The translations under genes and the position numbers were made by a program. From positions 205,020 through 269,019 of the forward strand of contig CAZAYU010000002.1 in the NCBI GenBank assembly GCA_964489445.1: DNA of 64,000 bases, given 5' to 3'. This DNA comes from an uncultured Planctomycetia bacterium. GTDB lineage: Bacteria > Omnitrophota > Gorgyraeia > Duberdicusellales > 4484-171. The notes beneath the pieces are model-generated. The model saw nothing but the letters and a program-made list of their open reading frames with translations, did not search any database and was not told the DNA's origin. Below are positions 16,836 through 27,139 of the stretch, in pieces; position 1 is the stretch's first letter; every line of letters starts with the position of its first letter.

Positions 16836-18371
16836 ATGTTTAAAAAAGTAATAAAAAATACAACTTTGTTGGGTGCTGGAACTTTAGCTTCTCGGGTTTT
16901 AGGCTTTATCCGTGATATTCTAATTGCTAATTATTTTGGTACTTCTGGGGTTCTTGAAGCGTTTATTGTTTCCTTTCGTTTGCCGAATATATTCCGAAGT
17001 GTACTCGCTGAAGGGTTTTCAGAATCAGTGGCAGTTCCTGTCCTTTCTGGATATCAAGGAAATAAGCAGAAAATATTCCAAACTGGAAATAATTTGTTTT
17101 CTCTTTTTTTAGTCATTCTTTTATTGTTTACAACTATCGGAGTTATTTTTCCTCGATTTTTTGTAATGGCTATTGCTCCGGGATTTATTTCTGAAATAGA
17201 TAAATTTCAAATGGCAGTATCATTCACCAGGATAACTTTTATTTATCTTTTTTTAATAGGCTTATCAGTTAATATTTCTTCAATCCTTTACTCACTAAAA
17301 GTTTTTTTTGTTCCGGCAATAAATCCTATATTTTTAAATATTTCTTTTATAGTGGGGTTGTTATTCTTCAGTCGGTCTTTTAACAATTATACTTTAGTTG
17401 TTTGTGTATTGGTGGGCGGGATACTACAAGTTATTTTTCCGCTTATTTTTTTAAAGAAACAGAGATTTATTTTTAGATTTAATTTTTTAGAATCGATAAA
17501 AGATAAAACAATTAGGAAGATGTTCAAGTTATTTATACCTCGAATTTGGTCAAGTGTTGTCTATCATTTAAGTGTTTTTGTAGACACAGCATTTTCTTCT
17601 CTAGGGCTAATAGTAGGAGAAGGAGCCATAGCCTCGGTGTATTATGCTAATAGATTGATACAGCTTCCATTTGCACTAATTGCTCTTTCTGTATCGCGGG
17701 TAGCTATCGTTGATTTATCTGCCTATCATTACCGACAGGATACCGAAGGCTTTAAGAAGTTACTGGTATTTTCATTCCAAAACATATTCTTTTTTATTAT
17801 TCCGCTTTCAGCTGTTTTTTTGTTTATTTCTCGAGATATCATTGATGTTGTTTTTGTGAGAGGAGAATTTACGAAAAGCTCATTAGTTATGACTTCTTCG
17901 GTTTTGTTTTTTTATTCTTTTGGACTTTTCTTCTTCTGTGGCATAAAATTATTAGTAAATGCTTTTTATTCTTTAGAAGATACAGGGGTCCCTGCTAAAA
18001 TAGCAACTATTTCCTTAGTGTTTAACATCGTAGTAAGTGCCGTTTTAATGTTTCCCCTGCGTGTTGGTGGGGTAGCTTTAGGTAGCAGTTTAGCCGCGAT
18101 GCTTAATTTCGGCCTTCTTTATTATTGTCTTGTAAAAAAAATCGGTAAAATAAACTGGCAAAACGCTATAGGTGAATTTTTAAAAATATTGTTAGTAAGC
18201 ATAATTATTGGTGTTCTTTCTCTTTATTTGATGCGTATTCTAAATTTTAACAAATACTTTAGATTATTACTTGTGTTATTTATTGATCTGTGTATATTTT
18301 TGGGCAGCGGATATTTATTTCGGTTTAAACAAATTGTATATTTAAAAAAATGGATATTAAAGAAAGGATAA
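16836..18371 (+). CDS. murJ: Lipid II flippase MurJ (MviN)
   Basis: SRVLGFIRD...FG...AF..SFRLPNIFR...AEG; YYANRLIQLP; many TM segments. Confidence 0.93.
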   Translation: MFKKVIKNTTLLGAGTLASRVLGFIRDILIANYFGTSGVLEAFIVSFRLPNIFRSVLAEGFSESVAVPVLSGYQGNKQKIFQTGNNLFSLFLVILLLFTTIGVIFPRFFVMAIAPGFISEIDKFQMAVSFTRITFIYLFLIGLSVNISSILYSLKVFFVPAINPIFLNISFIVGLLFFSRSFNNYTLVVCVLVGGILQVIFPLIFLKKQRFIFRFNFLESIKDKTIRKMFKLFIPRIWSSVVYHLSVFVDTAFSSLGLIVGEGAIASVYYANRLIQLPFALIALSVSRVAIVDLSAYHYRQDTEGFKKLLVFSFQNIFFFIIPLSAVFLFISRDIIDVVFVRGEFTKSSLVMTSSVLFFYSFGLFFFCGIKLLVNAFYSLEDTGVPAKIATISLVFNIVVSAVLMFPLRVGGVALGSSLAAMLNFGLLYYCLVKKIGKINWQNAIGEFLKILLVSIIIGVLSLYLMRILNFNKYFRLLLVLFIDLCIFLGSGYLFRFKQIVYLKKWILKKG

Positions 18372-19570
18372 AAAAACTTCCGCTAAGCAGCGGTGTGTAT
18401 ATTATGAAGTCTCAACATAACGAAGTACTTTATATTGGAAAAGCATCATCGCTAAGAAAAAGGGTGAAAAGCCATTTTGTTTTGCGCAAGGGGATGCAAA
18501 CCCATTCATTTTTAAATAAAGTAGCAGAAGTATCTTTTATCACTTGTGATACCCCTCAACAAGCATTGATTTTAGAAGCAGCCCTTATTAAAGAAAAGAA
18601 GCCCAAACATAACATTGCCTTGAGAGATAGTAAAAGCTATCCGTATATTGAAATTACTAATGAAGATTTTCCTCGGGTGTTTATTTCTCGGCCGAAGAAA
18701 AATAGCAAAAATTTTATATTTGGTCCTTATCCACAAACGAAAGTATTAAAATCAGCATTACTCTTGATGCGTAATATCTTTCCTTATCGTTCTTGTAAGA
18801 ATATGGGAAAAACTTCTTGTTTATTTTTTCATCTTAATATGTGCCTTGGTCCTTGTGTAGGGAAGGTATCTGTTATTGAGTATAGACAAAATATTAAAAA
18901 TATCCGAGAAATATTAACTGGTCGAAGAAAACAAGTCATTGAAGGATTAAAGATAAAAATGAGACGTGCAGCAAAAAATCTTCAGTTTGAACAGGCTAAA
19001 AATTTTAGAGATAAACTATTAGCCGTGGACATTCTTTATAAAGGAAAACCCAGAACTCATGAAATTATTTTCTTAAAAGAAGCTTTGAAATTACCTTCTT
19101 TTCCTTTGGTGATTGAGGCAGTAGATATCTCTTCTCTGGGACGAGATAATTCTGTAGGGTCTGTAGTTGTGTTTAACGAAGGACTTCCGGATAAAAGTAG
19201 TTATCGTCGTTTTCGCATAAAAAAGGCAAACAGCCAGGATGATTATGCCATGATTGCCGAGGTGTTAAAGAGGCGGTATCTACGAATGTCTCAAGAGAAA
19301 AGAGTTTTTCCGGATTTATTAATTATTGATGGCGGGAGAGGGCATTTGTCTACAGCATTAAAGGTGCTTAATTCTTTGGGGGTGAGTGTACCGGTTATTA
19401 GCATTGCCAAAGAAAACGAAGAGATCTGGCTACCTCAATGCAAGTGCCCACTAGTTTTTTCACGCAGCAATTCAAGCCTGCATTTAATTCAAAGGATTCG
19501 CGATGAAGCGCATCGATTTGCTGGCCAATATCAAAAGTTTCTTCATGAAAAGAAATTATTACCCAGGTAA
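18350..19570 (+). CDS. uvrC: Excinuclease ABC subunit C, compact form without the C-terminal HhH domain
   Basis: GIY-YIG (GVYIMK...YIGKA..LRKRV), Cys cluster, UVR motif, RNase H-like domain (EAVDISS, DDYAMI, DLLIIDGGRGH, RIRDEAHRFA). Confidence 0.88.
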   Translation: MDIKERIKKLPLSSGVYIMKSQHNEVLYIGKASSLRKRVKSHFVLRKGMQTHSFLNKVAEVSFITCDTPQQALILEAALIKEKKPKHNIALRDSKSYPYIEITNEDFPRVFISRPKKNSKNFIFGPYPQTKVLKSALLLMRNIFPYRSCKNMGKTSCLFFHLNMCLGPCVGKVSVIEYRQNIKNIREILTGRRKQVIEGLKIKMRRAAKNLQFEQAKNFRDKLLAVDILYKGKPRTHEIIFLKEALKLPSFPLVIEAVDISSLGRDNSVGSVVVFNEGLPDKSSYRRFRIKKANSQDDYAMIAEVLKRRYLRMSQEKRVFPDLLIIDGGRGHLSTALKVLNSLGVSVPVISIAKENEEIWLPQCKCPLVFSRSNSSLHLIQRIRDEAHRFAGQYQKFLHEKKLLPR

Positions 19571-19664
19571 AAGATAAGGATATAAGGTTTCCGGACGTGG
19601 ACGAAGAATTTGACAATGAGAACAAAAGATCAAGGGCAGGATAAAAGCATCATTTTTGAAAGTA

Positions 19665-19934
19665 ATGACGGTGTTTGAAAAGAAAGTTTTGCGTATTATT
19701 TCTAAGATTCCTTTAGGTGAAGTTCGTAGCTATAAGTGGGTAGCCCAAAAGGCAGGAAAGCCAAATGCTTATCGTGCAGTAGCTAATGCGTTAAGTAAAA
19801 ATAAATACCCTTTATTTATTCCTTGTCATAGGGTAATATATTCATCTGGTGAGATAGGAGGATATTTCCTGGGAAAACCATTAAAGGAGAAGTTAATAAA
19901 ATTAGAACAAAAGATAAAAAGCATGATAAAATAA
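19665..19934 (+). CDS. ogt: Methylated-DNA--protein-cysteine methyltransferase, C-terminal domain only
   Basis: IPLGEVRSY..VA...GKPNAYRAVANA...IPCHRVI with the acceptor Cys present; start could be 19656 or 19665. Confidence 0.82.
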   Translation: MTVFEKKVLRIISKIPLGEVRSYKWVAQKAGKPNAYRAVANALSKNKYPLFIPCHRVIYSSGEIGGYFLGKPLKEKLIKLEQKIKSMIK

Positions 19935-19990
19935 AATGTTTCTTATTTTTTTAGGCATTATAAAAAGAAATAATTTTTTAGGAGGTAGAT

Positions 19991-21061
19991 ATGAAGTCTG
20001 AAGATATTTTTAATATTATGATTGAAAAAGACATATCAGATATTTTTATCAGAGTCAAGAGTCCACTAAAGGGAAGAATTTATTCCAATCTGGAAATTAT
20101 TCGCGATGAACTATTTAGCATAGATGATGTTAAGGAAATTATTGGTAATATAACAAAAGAGATAGACAGAAAGAATTTAGAAGCTAAAAGAGGGTGTGAG
20201 TTTACCTGTTGGTATAAAGAATCTTGGCGTTTCCGTGTGGGGATATTTTATCAACGTAATACGCCCGCGTTAGTTATTCGTAAGATCGATTTACGTATTC
20301 CGGATTTTAAAGGGTTAAATCTACCAGATAAAGTGCTAAGAGGCTTTTCTTTAGAAAAGAGAGGAATAGTTCTTCTTACTGGAATAACTGGAAGCGGTAA
20401 ATCAACAACTATTGCTAGCATGATAGACTATATTAATAGTTGTGCCGGACGGCATATTTTAACTATTGAAGAGCCCATAGAGTTTACATTTAAAGATAAA
20501 ATGTCTGTAATTAATCAACGGGAAATTGGTATTGATGTTGGGAGTTACCAGAGTGCCTTAAAGCAGTTTGCTTTGCATTCCCCGGATGTTATTTATATCG
20601 GGAATATTCGTGATTCCGAGACTTGCCATGCTGCTCTAACTGCTGCAGAAACCGGTGCATTGGTTTTGTCTACTATTCATACAGTTAACGCGACATCTAC
20701 TGTAGAGAGGATTATTAATTTTTTTCCTTCTCACCAGCACAATTTTATTCTTCATCAATTATCTTTTCTTTTGAAAGGAGTTTTATCGCAACGGCTTATT
20801 CCGCGTTGTGATTCTCGGGGGTTTATTCCGGCCTATGAATCGATGGTGTTGAGTCCTTCCATATCTCGGCTTATAAGAGAAAATAAATTCTGGGAAATAC
20901 CTAAGTATATTTCTTCTGGAGAAGTTTATGGTATGAAAAGTTTTCACCAGTGTTTGTTGGGTCTTGTGGAGGAAGGCAAAATAACTCCGGAATCTGCTTT
21001 AGACTATGCGGATAAAAGGCAAGAATTGGAAATGGAATTTCGTAATAAGAGACTGATGTAG
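19991..21061 (+). CDS. PilT/PilU-family type IV pilus ATPase homologue with degenerate catalytic motifs
   Basis: RFRVGIFYQR, GITGSGKSTT, TIEEPIEF, QREIG, PDVIYIGNIRD, STIHT, SISRLIRE, GMKSF. Confidence 0.85.
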   Translation: MKSEDIFNIMIEKDISDIFIRVKSPLKGRIYSNLEIIRDELFSIDDVKEIIGNITKEIDRKNLEAKRGCEFTCWYKESWRFRVGIFYQRNTPALVIRKIDLRIPDFKGLNLPDKVLRGFSLEKRGIVLLTGITGSGKSTTIASMIDYINSCAGRHILTIEEPIEFTFKDKMSVINQREIGIDVGSYQSALKQFALHSPDVIYIGNIRDSETCHAALTAAETGALVLSTIHTVNATSTVERIINFFPSHQHNFILHQLSFLLKGVLSQRLIPRCDSRGFIPAYESMVLSPSISRLIRENKFWEIPKYISSGEVYGMKSFHQCLLGLVEEGKITPESALDYADKRQELEMEFRNKRLM

Positions 21062-21173
21062 CTCCAAAAAGACTTTCAAGACCAGCTTTTCTTACCGCCT
21101 GGGCAAACCAACGGTTTGATAGATTATTTTAAAAATTATATTTTATGTTCCTGGAAATTTACAATAAAAATAT

Positions 21174-22280
21174 ATGATAGGGGAAATAAAAAAACAAATA
21201 AGTGGAATACAGAAGAGCATCGACAGTTTGAAGCTGTTATTAGGTGTTAGCGAAAAGGAAAAGATTATGGAAGGACTGCAGCTAAAAATGTCTGAGCCTG
21301 ATTTTTGGAATGATTCAAAGTCTGCGTCTAAATTTGTAAATGAGCTTAAAAATGCTAAACGTGATGTTGATACTTGGAAAACACTTAGTGAGAGGCTAGG
21401 GGAATTGGAAGAATTGTATGCACTTTTCGATGAAACCTTGGAGGCGGACATTTTAAAAGAGATAAAACATTTACAAGATGAATGCAGCAAGGCTGAGCTA
21501 TGTGTTTTGTTTTCAGGAAAATTTGACAATTCAAACGCTATAATTGAAATAAATTCTGGAGCCGGGGGCACAGAAGCTTGTGACTGGGCCGCTATGCTGT
21601 TTAGAATGTATTTTAGATGGGCAGAAGATAAAAAATTTAAACTTAAAGTATTTCGTGAAGAGAGGGGAGATGAGGCAGGAGTAAAGAGTATTACATTCTT
21701 TATCCAGGGCTTAAGAGCTTATGGTCTGCTAAAGGCAGAAAGAGGTGTTCACCGGTTGGTAAGGATTTCTCCCTTTGATTCTAACAAACGTCGGCACACT
21801 TCCTTTGCTTCTGTTTTAGTACTTCCGGAAATAAAAGAAGATATTGAAATTGAAATAAAGCCAGATGACTTAAGAGTTGATACATTTCGTTCTTCTGGTG
21901 CAGGAGGACAACATGTTAATGTTACTGATTCAGCAGTAAGGATTACTTATTTGCCGCTGGGAATTGTTGTTTGCTGCCAAAACGAGCGCTCTCAACATCA
22001 GAATAGGCAGGTTGCTTTAAAAATATTAAAAGCAAAACTATACGAACGCAAACAAGCAGAAAGTAAAAAAGAGCTAAGTAGCGAAGGAAAAGATAAGCAA
22101 AAAATTGAATGGGGATCTCAAATTCGTTCCTATGTTTTGCATCCTTATCTTTTAGTAAAAGATCACCGGACTAATACTGAAATACATGATGCTTGGAGTG
22201 TTCTAGACGGCAAGATAGATGATTTTATCTATGCGTTTTTAAATGCTTTTTATTTGCATAAAAAAGAAGAAAGGAAATAA
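21174..22280 (+). CDS. prfB: Peptide chain release factor 2 (continuous ORF)
   Basis: GAGGTEACDWA, HRLVRISPFD (SPF), SGAGGQHVN, IEWGSQIRSYV. Confidence 0.95.
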   Translation: MIGEIKKQISGIQKSIDSLKLLLGVSEKEKIMEGLQLKMSEPDFWNDSKSASKFVNELKNAKRDVDTWKTLSERLGELEELYALFDETLEADILKEIKHLQDECSKAELCVLFSGKFDNSNAIIEINSGAGGTEACDWAAMLFRMYFRWAEDKKFKLKVFREERGDEAGVKSITFFIQGLRAYGLLKAERGVHRLVRISPFDSNKRRHTSFASVLVLPEIKEDIEIEIKPDDLRVDTFRSSGAGGQHVNVTDSAVRITYLPLGIVVCCQNERSQHQNRQVALKILKAKLYERKQAESKKELSSEGKDKQKIEWGSQIRSYVLHPYLLVKDHRTNTEIHDAWSVLDGKIDDFIYAFLNAFYLHKKEERK

Positions 22281-22284
22281 TATT

Positions 22285-25137
22285 ATGTTAAAAAAAATAA
22301 TTCTTAAGAAATCTCAGAGAAATATAAGTAAATTCAAGCCAATGGTAAATATTGTTTTAAACAGCGAAATGCCTACCCCTTCGATTAAAGAAGCAGCATG
22401 CTTGTCTTCTATTGTCAGTAAAGTTAATTCATTTGAAGTAGAAGTTGAAAATAAACCAGATTCTTTTTTTAGGGATAAAACAACAGAATTTAAGGAAATG
22501 ATTGATAGTCGCATTGACAAAGTTTCTTTAGACAAGCAGAAAGAAACTATTGAACAAGTCCTTAACGAAATGCTTCCGTTTTATTTTGCAATGGTTAGAG
22601 AAGCTGCGAAAAGAGCCTTAAGAATGCGTCATTTTGATGTTCAAATTTTAGGCGGAATAATTCTCCATAAAAATCGGATAGCGGAAATGGTTACCGGAGA
22701 AGGGAAAACATTAGTTGCCACGCTAGCCGCTTCTCTAAACGCTCTTGCCGGGAAAGGAGTTCATATTGTTACAGTTAACGATTATTTAGCCAAGAGAGAT
22801 CAGGAGTGGATGAAACCGGTTTATAATTTTTTAGGTTTATCTTGTGGAGTTATTCAGCAAAATATGGGTAGCCAGTTAAGAAAAAATGCTTATGCTTGCG
22901 ATATTGTATATGGAACTAACAACGAGCTTGGTTTTGACTATTTGAGAGATAATATGGTAACGGATGCCCAAAGTATGGTTCAGGGTGAACATTTTTATGC
23001 GATAGTTGATGAGGTTGACTCTATATTGATAGATGAAGCAAGAACTCCTCTAATAATTTCTGGCCCAGCCGAAAGCTACATTGATAAGTATTATTTGGCC
23101 GATAAAGTAATTAGGCAAATCAAAACAAAAAAGATTATCCAAAGTTTTGACAATAAAGATGGAACGGTCACTATAAAAAATATTGATGGCAGTGAAATGA
23201 AAATTGAGCCACAGGAATTAGAAGATAAGTACGAGGCGATTGTTGAAGAAAAGACACAAAATGCCTATTTTACTCATAGCGGAGAAAAAAAATGCGAAAA
23301 GTTATTAGGTATCGACAATATTTCTGAAGAATCTCCGGATAAGCTTTCTAATCCTTGGAATCATTATCTTACCCAAAGCCTAAGAGCTTGGCAATTTTTC
23401 CGTACAGATCGAGAGTATATAGTGAAAGAAGGAAGAGTGGTGATAGTTGATGAATTTACCGGAAGATTAATGGCGGGAAGACGATGGGCAGATGGTTTGC
23501 ATCAGGCGGTAGAGGCAAAAGAAGGGCTTAAGATACAAGAAGAAAGTCAGACTCTAGCAACTATTACACTTCAGAATTATTTTAGAATGTATACTAAACT
23601 TGCTGGCATGACCGGTACAGCTTATACTGAAGCGAACGAATTTAAGCATATTTATGGATTAGATGTGACAGCAATCCCTACTAATCGGCCTTTAGCCAGA
23701 ATTAATTATCCGGATAGAATATACAAGAATAAAGAAGGTAAGTTCAATGCGGTAATTGATGAAATTAAAGAGTGTTATACGATAAAAAAGCCAGTTTTAG
23801 TGGGGACCACTTCGATTGAGGATTCGGAATATCTCTCTTTTCTTCTTGGAAAAAAAGGTATTCCACATAATGTGCTTAACGCTAAGCATCACGAGCAAGA
23901 AGCTTCTGTAGTAGCTCAAGCAGGAAGACTATCCCAAATAACCATTGCAACTAATATGGCTGGTAGAGGTACGGATATACTTTTGGGTGGCAACATTGAT
24001 TATTTCATTAAGAATATTTTAAGCAGAAACAATATTCATATTGGAGATCCTGATTATTATCAAGAATACGATAGTCTGCATTTAAAACACAATAGTAAAT
24101 TTCAGCATGATCATGATAAAGTTATTGAATTGGGAGGAATGCATATTATTTGCACCCAACGTCATGAGGCAAGAAGAATTGACAACCAGCTCAGAGGTCG
24201 TTCTGGCCGACAAGGAGATCCCGGGTCTTCACGCTTTTATGTTTCGCTTGAAGACGACTTAATGCGTCTTTTTGGATCGGAAAGAATTTATAAAATGATG
24301 GAGGCATTTGGATTTCCTGAAGACCAGCCCATAGAGCATTCGTTAATTAACCATTCACTGGCTGTTGCTCAAAAAAGAGTTGAAGGGCATAATTTTGAAA
24401 TAAGAAAACAGCTTCTCGAATATGATAATGTCATGAATAAACAGAGGGAAGTTGTGTATCGACAAAGGAGAATGATATTAGAGAGCCAAGACATTAAGGA
24501 AGAAGTTATTGCCATGGCCGATGATGTCATTGAAAAAGGTTTACCGGTTTATTTTCAAGAGGAAACAGATGTTTTAGGTGTTATGCATTGGGTAAGGTCA
24601 AAATTTAATTTTGAAATTTCTGAACAAAATATCAGAAAATTAAATTTAAAAGAAACAATAAATTTTCTTAAACAAGAAGTAAAAAGAATTTACCAGGATA
24701 AAGAAGCAAAAGCTGGTATAGATGCTATGCGGCGCATGGAAAAAGCGGTAAGCTTATGGGTAGTGGATTCTCGGTGGAAAGAACATTTGCTTACCATAGA
24801 TCATCTAAGAGAGGGCATTCATCTTCGGGCGCATGCCCACGTAGAGCCTTTAGTAGAATATCAGAGAGAAACTTATTTTGCTTTTCAGGAAATGATTAAC
24901 TTAATTAAGGAAGGAGTCGTTGATCTATTTTTTAAAACAAGTATAAAACCTGCCGAGAAGACAGGCGTATTCAGCGAGTCTCCCAAAAAGTTTGTTCATT
25001 CTCAATATACTCCCTTGGCTAAAGATAATAAAAATAGCGTGGCTGTGCTTCCTGAGCAGGAAAGTAATAAAGTTGGACGTAATGAACTTTGTCCGTGTGG
25101 AAGCGGAAAAAAGTATAAAAAATGTTGCGGTAAGTGA
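22285..25137 (+). CDS. secA: Preprotein translocase subunit SecA
   Basis: AEMVTGEGKT, VDEVDSILIDEARTPLIISG, ATNMAGRGTDI, QLRGRSGRQGDPG, C-terminal GRNELCPCGSGKKYKKCCG; start at 22285 chosen from spacing after prfB. Confidence 0.97.
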   Translation: MLKKIILKKSQRNISKFKPMVNIVLNSEMPTPSIKEAACLSSIVSKVNSFEVEVENKPDSFFRDKTTEFKEMIDSRIDKVSLDKQKETIEQVLNEMLPFYFAMVREAAKRALRMRHFDVQILGGIILHKNRIAEMVTGEGKTLVATLAASLNALAGKGVHIVTVNDYLAKRDQEWMKPVYNFLGLSCGVIQQNMGSQLRKNAYACDIVYGTNNELGFDYLRDNMVTDAQSMVQGEHFYAIVDEVDSILIDEARTPLIISGPAESYIDKYYLADKVIRQIKTKKIIQSFDNKDGTVTIKNIDGSEMKIEPQELEDKYEAIVEEKTQNAYFTHSGEKKCEKLLGIDNISEESPDKLSNPWNHYLTQSLRAWQFFRTDREYIVKEGRVVIVDEFTGRLMAGRRWADGLHQAVEAKEGLKIQEESQTLATITLQNYFRMYTKLAGMTGTAYTEANEFKHIYGLDVTAIPTNRPLARINYPDRIYKNKEGKFNAVIDEIKECYTIKKPVLVGTTSIEDSEYLSFLLGKKGIPHNVLNAKHHEQEASVVAQAGRLSQITIATNMAGRGTDILLGGNIDYFIKNILSRNNIHIGDPDYYQEYDSLHLKHNSKFQHDHDKVIELGGMHIICTQRHEARRIDNQLRGRSGRQGDPGSSRFYVSLEDDLMRLFGSERIYKMMEAFGFPEDQPIEHSLINHSLAVAQKRVEGHNFEIRKQLLEYDNVMNKQREVVYRQRRMILESQDIKEEVIAMADDVIEKGLPVYFQEETDVLGVMHWVRSKFNFEISEQNIRKLNLKETINFLKQEVKRIYQDKEAKAGIDAMRRMEKAVSLWVVDSRWKEHLLTIDHLREGIHLRAHAHVEPLVEYQRETYFAFQEMINLIKEGVVDLFFKTSIKPAEKTGVFSESPKKFVHSQYTPLAKDNKNSVAVLPEQESNKVGRNELCPCGSGKKYKKCCGK

Positions 25138-26633
25138 AAATGTATCGTAAAACTGCCACACTTGGCAGATGGTTTTCTAAATTTTTATTATCTGCTTTAA
25201 GCGGTATATTGACCGGCCTAGCTTTTAATTTTCCTAAATTTTCTATTATTATTTGGTTTTCTTTAATTCCGCTTATTTATGTTTTAAGCCAAGACGGGGA
25301 AAAAACAATTGTTTGGCCGGCAATAATTTTTTCTTTCTTTTATTATGGTACTGCTATTTTCTGGATAACAAATGTTACAAATCTAGGATTTATTCTTCTC
25401 CTTCTTTATCTTTCTGTTTTTTCTGTATTATTTTTTTTGTTAGGGAGGTATTTTTTAAATAAGCCATACTTGATAGTTTCCTTACCAGCTTTATGGGTGG
25501 TACTAGAATTTTTAAAGGAAAATATTTGGTGTGGCTTTAGCTGGGCAAATTTAGGTTATTCTCAGTATCAAAGTATTAAATTTATTCAGATAGCCGACAT
25601 TGGAGGAGTAAAAGCTATTACCTTCTTGATAGTTGTCTGCAATGTTTTGATCTGGGAATTATTTTTTTGTTGTCGTAAATATTCTAGAAAAAAACAAGCT
25701 GTAAAAACAGTTTTATTTGCTTTGGTTATTTTAGGATGTTTTATGTATTCTGCTTATTCTTTGCATAAGTTTGGCAGACAGGATAAAATTAAAGAAAAAT
25801 TTCTGAAATTTTCGTTAATTCAGCCAAATATTCCTCAGGAACTAAAATGGAACATTAATTTATCAGGGAAAATAGTAGATCACTTAGCGGAATTAACTAA
25901 GACTTCTAATGTAGATAGTCTAGTAATTTTTCCAGAAGCTGCGTGGCCATTTCTAATCACGGAGAATAATAGGGGCTTGTTAAGTCAATTTGTTAAAAAT
26001 TCAAAACGGGATGTATTGATTGGGGCGCCTGTTGAAGAAAGCGGAAAATTTTATAATGAGGCAATGTTTATTAATAAAGATGGCAGAATGGTTGGTAGCT
26101 ATCAGAAAATTAAAATTGTTCCCTTTGGTGAGTACATTCCATTTAGAAAATTCTTAGGCTTTATTAGCGTTGTGAATTCTATTGGTGACATGAGCAGGGG
26201 TAAGATAGTAAAGAAATTCACATATGATAGTGTGAATTTTTCGGTACTAATTTGTTTTGAAGATATTTTTTCTAATCATGTGGCAGAATTTTCAAAAGGT
26301 AATGATTTTTTAATAAATATTACAAATGACGCATGGTTTGATGGAGAGCCTCAAGCTAGCCAGCATTTTGCGATTATGACTTTGCGGGCTATTGAAAATC
26401 GAATACCGATTATTCGTAGTTCTAATACGGGAATAAGTGGTTGGGTTTCTGCAAGCGGAAAACCAGAAACAATGAATCAGAATGGCAAAGAAGTATTTTT
26501 TTCTGGCACGGGTAACTTTGAAATAATGTTAGATAGGCAAAAGAGTTTTTATACTAAATATGGGGAATTATTTTTACTTATTTGTTGTTTCTTTGCGCTA
26601 GGCATAGCAGTATTACATAGGAACAAGTATTAA
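25134..26633 (+). CDS. lnt: Apolipoprotein N-acyltransferase
   Basis: TM N-terminal half; QPNIPQ, FPEAA, KIKIVPFGEYIP, LICFEDIF, NITNDAWF, RAIENR, SNTGIS. Confidence 0.93.
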   Translation: MKMYRKTATLGRWFSKFLLSALSGILTGLAFNFPKFSIIIWFSLIPLIYVLSQDGEKTIVWPAIIFSFFYYGTAIFWITNVTNLGFILLLLYLSVFSVLFFLLGRYFLNKPYLIVSLPALWVVLEFLKENIWCGFSWANLGYSQYQSIKFIQIADIGGVKAITFLIVVCNVLIWELFFCCRKYSRKKQAVKTVLFALVILGCFMYSAYSLHKFGRQDKIKEKFLKFSLIQPNIPQELKWNINLSGKIVDHLAELTKTSNVDSLVIFPEAAWPFLITENNRGLLSQFVKNSKRDVLIGAPVEESGKFYNEAMFINKDGRMVGSYQKIKIVPFGEYIPFRKFLGFISVVNSIGDMSRGKIVKKFTYDSVNFSVLICFEDIFSNHVAEFSKGNDFLINITNDAWFDGEPQASQHFAIMTLRAIENRIPIIRSSNTGISGWVSASGKPETMNQNGKEVFFSGTGNFEIMLDRQKSFYTKYGELFLLICCFFALGIAVLHRNKY

Positions 26634-26656
26634 TTAGTGACAGAAAAGGAGGATAA

Positions 26657-27139
26657 ATGGAGCTTAAAGCTGTAAAAGTGGAAAAGCCGGAAGGGTTGAA
26701 CGTAATTATTGGGCAGGCGCACTTCATAAAGACTGTTGAAGATATCTATGAAGCGCTCATTGAAAGCTCACCTTCAATAAAATTTGGATTGGCATTTTGT
26801 GAAGCTTCTGGAAAATGTTTGGTGCGGGTTGAAGGTAATGATCAAAAGCTTAGAAATATTGCCTTGAAAAACGCTTTAAGCATTGGGTGCGGTCATTTGT
26901 TTTTTATCGCTATAGAAGAAGCTTATCCAGTGAATATTTTAAACCGTATTAAAAATACTTCAGAGGTTTGCAGTGTTTTTTGTGCATCAGCTAATCCTTT
27001 AGAGTTAATTATTGCCCAAACGAGTCAAGGAAGATCTTGTTTGGGCGCTGTGGACGGTTTTTCGCCAAAAGGGGTTGAAGAACAAGATGATGTTCTATGG
27101 CGAAAAACAATATTGAGAGATATTAAGTATAAATTATGA
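26657..27139 (+). CDS. Adenosine-specific kinase family protein (DUF355)
   Basis: NVIIGQAHFIKTVED, FGLAFCEASG, CASANP, GAVDGFSPKGVE. Confidence 0.85.
   Translation: MELKAVKVEKPEGLNVIIGQAHFIKTVEDIYEALIESSPSIKFGLAFCEASGKCLVRVEGNDQKLRNIALKNALSIGCGHLFFIAIEEAYPVNILNRIKNTSEVCSVFCASANPLELIIAQTSQGRSCLGAVDGFSPKGVEEQDDVLWRKTILRDIKYKL

Noticed and set aside
19571-19655. Possible frameshifted UvrC HhH tail
   Set aside because: The downstream frames examined show no HhH (GIG) motif
21062-21125. GGGCAAACC followed by a hairpin upstream of prfB, suggestive of a c-di-GMP-I riboswitch
   Set aside because: No GNRA tetraloop/receptor or second stem; only a short CAAACC/GGTTTG hairpin
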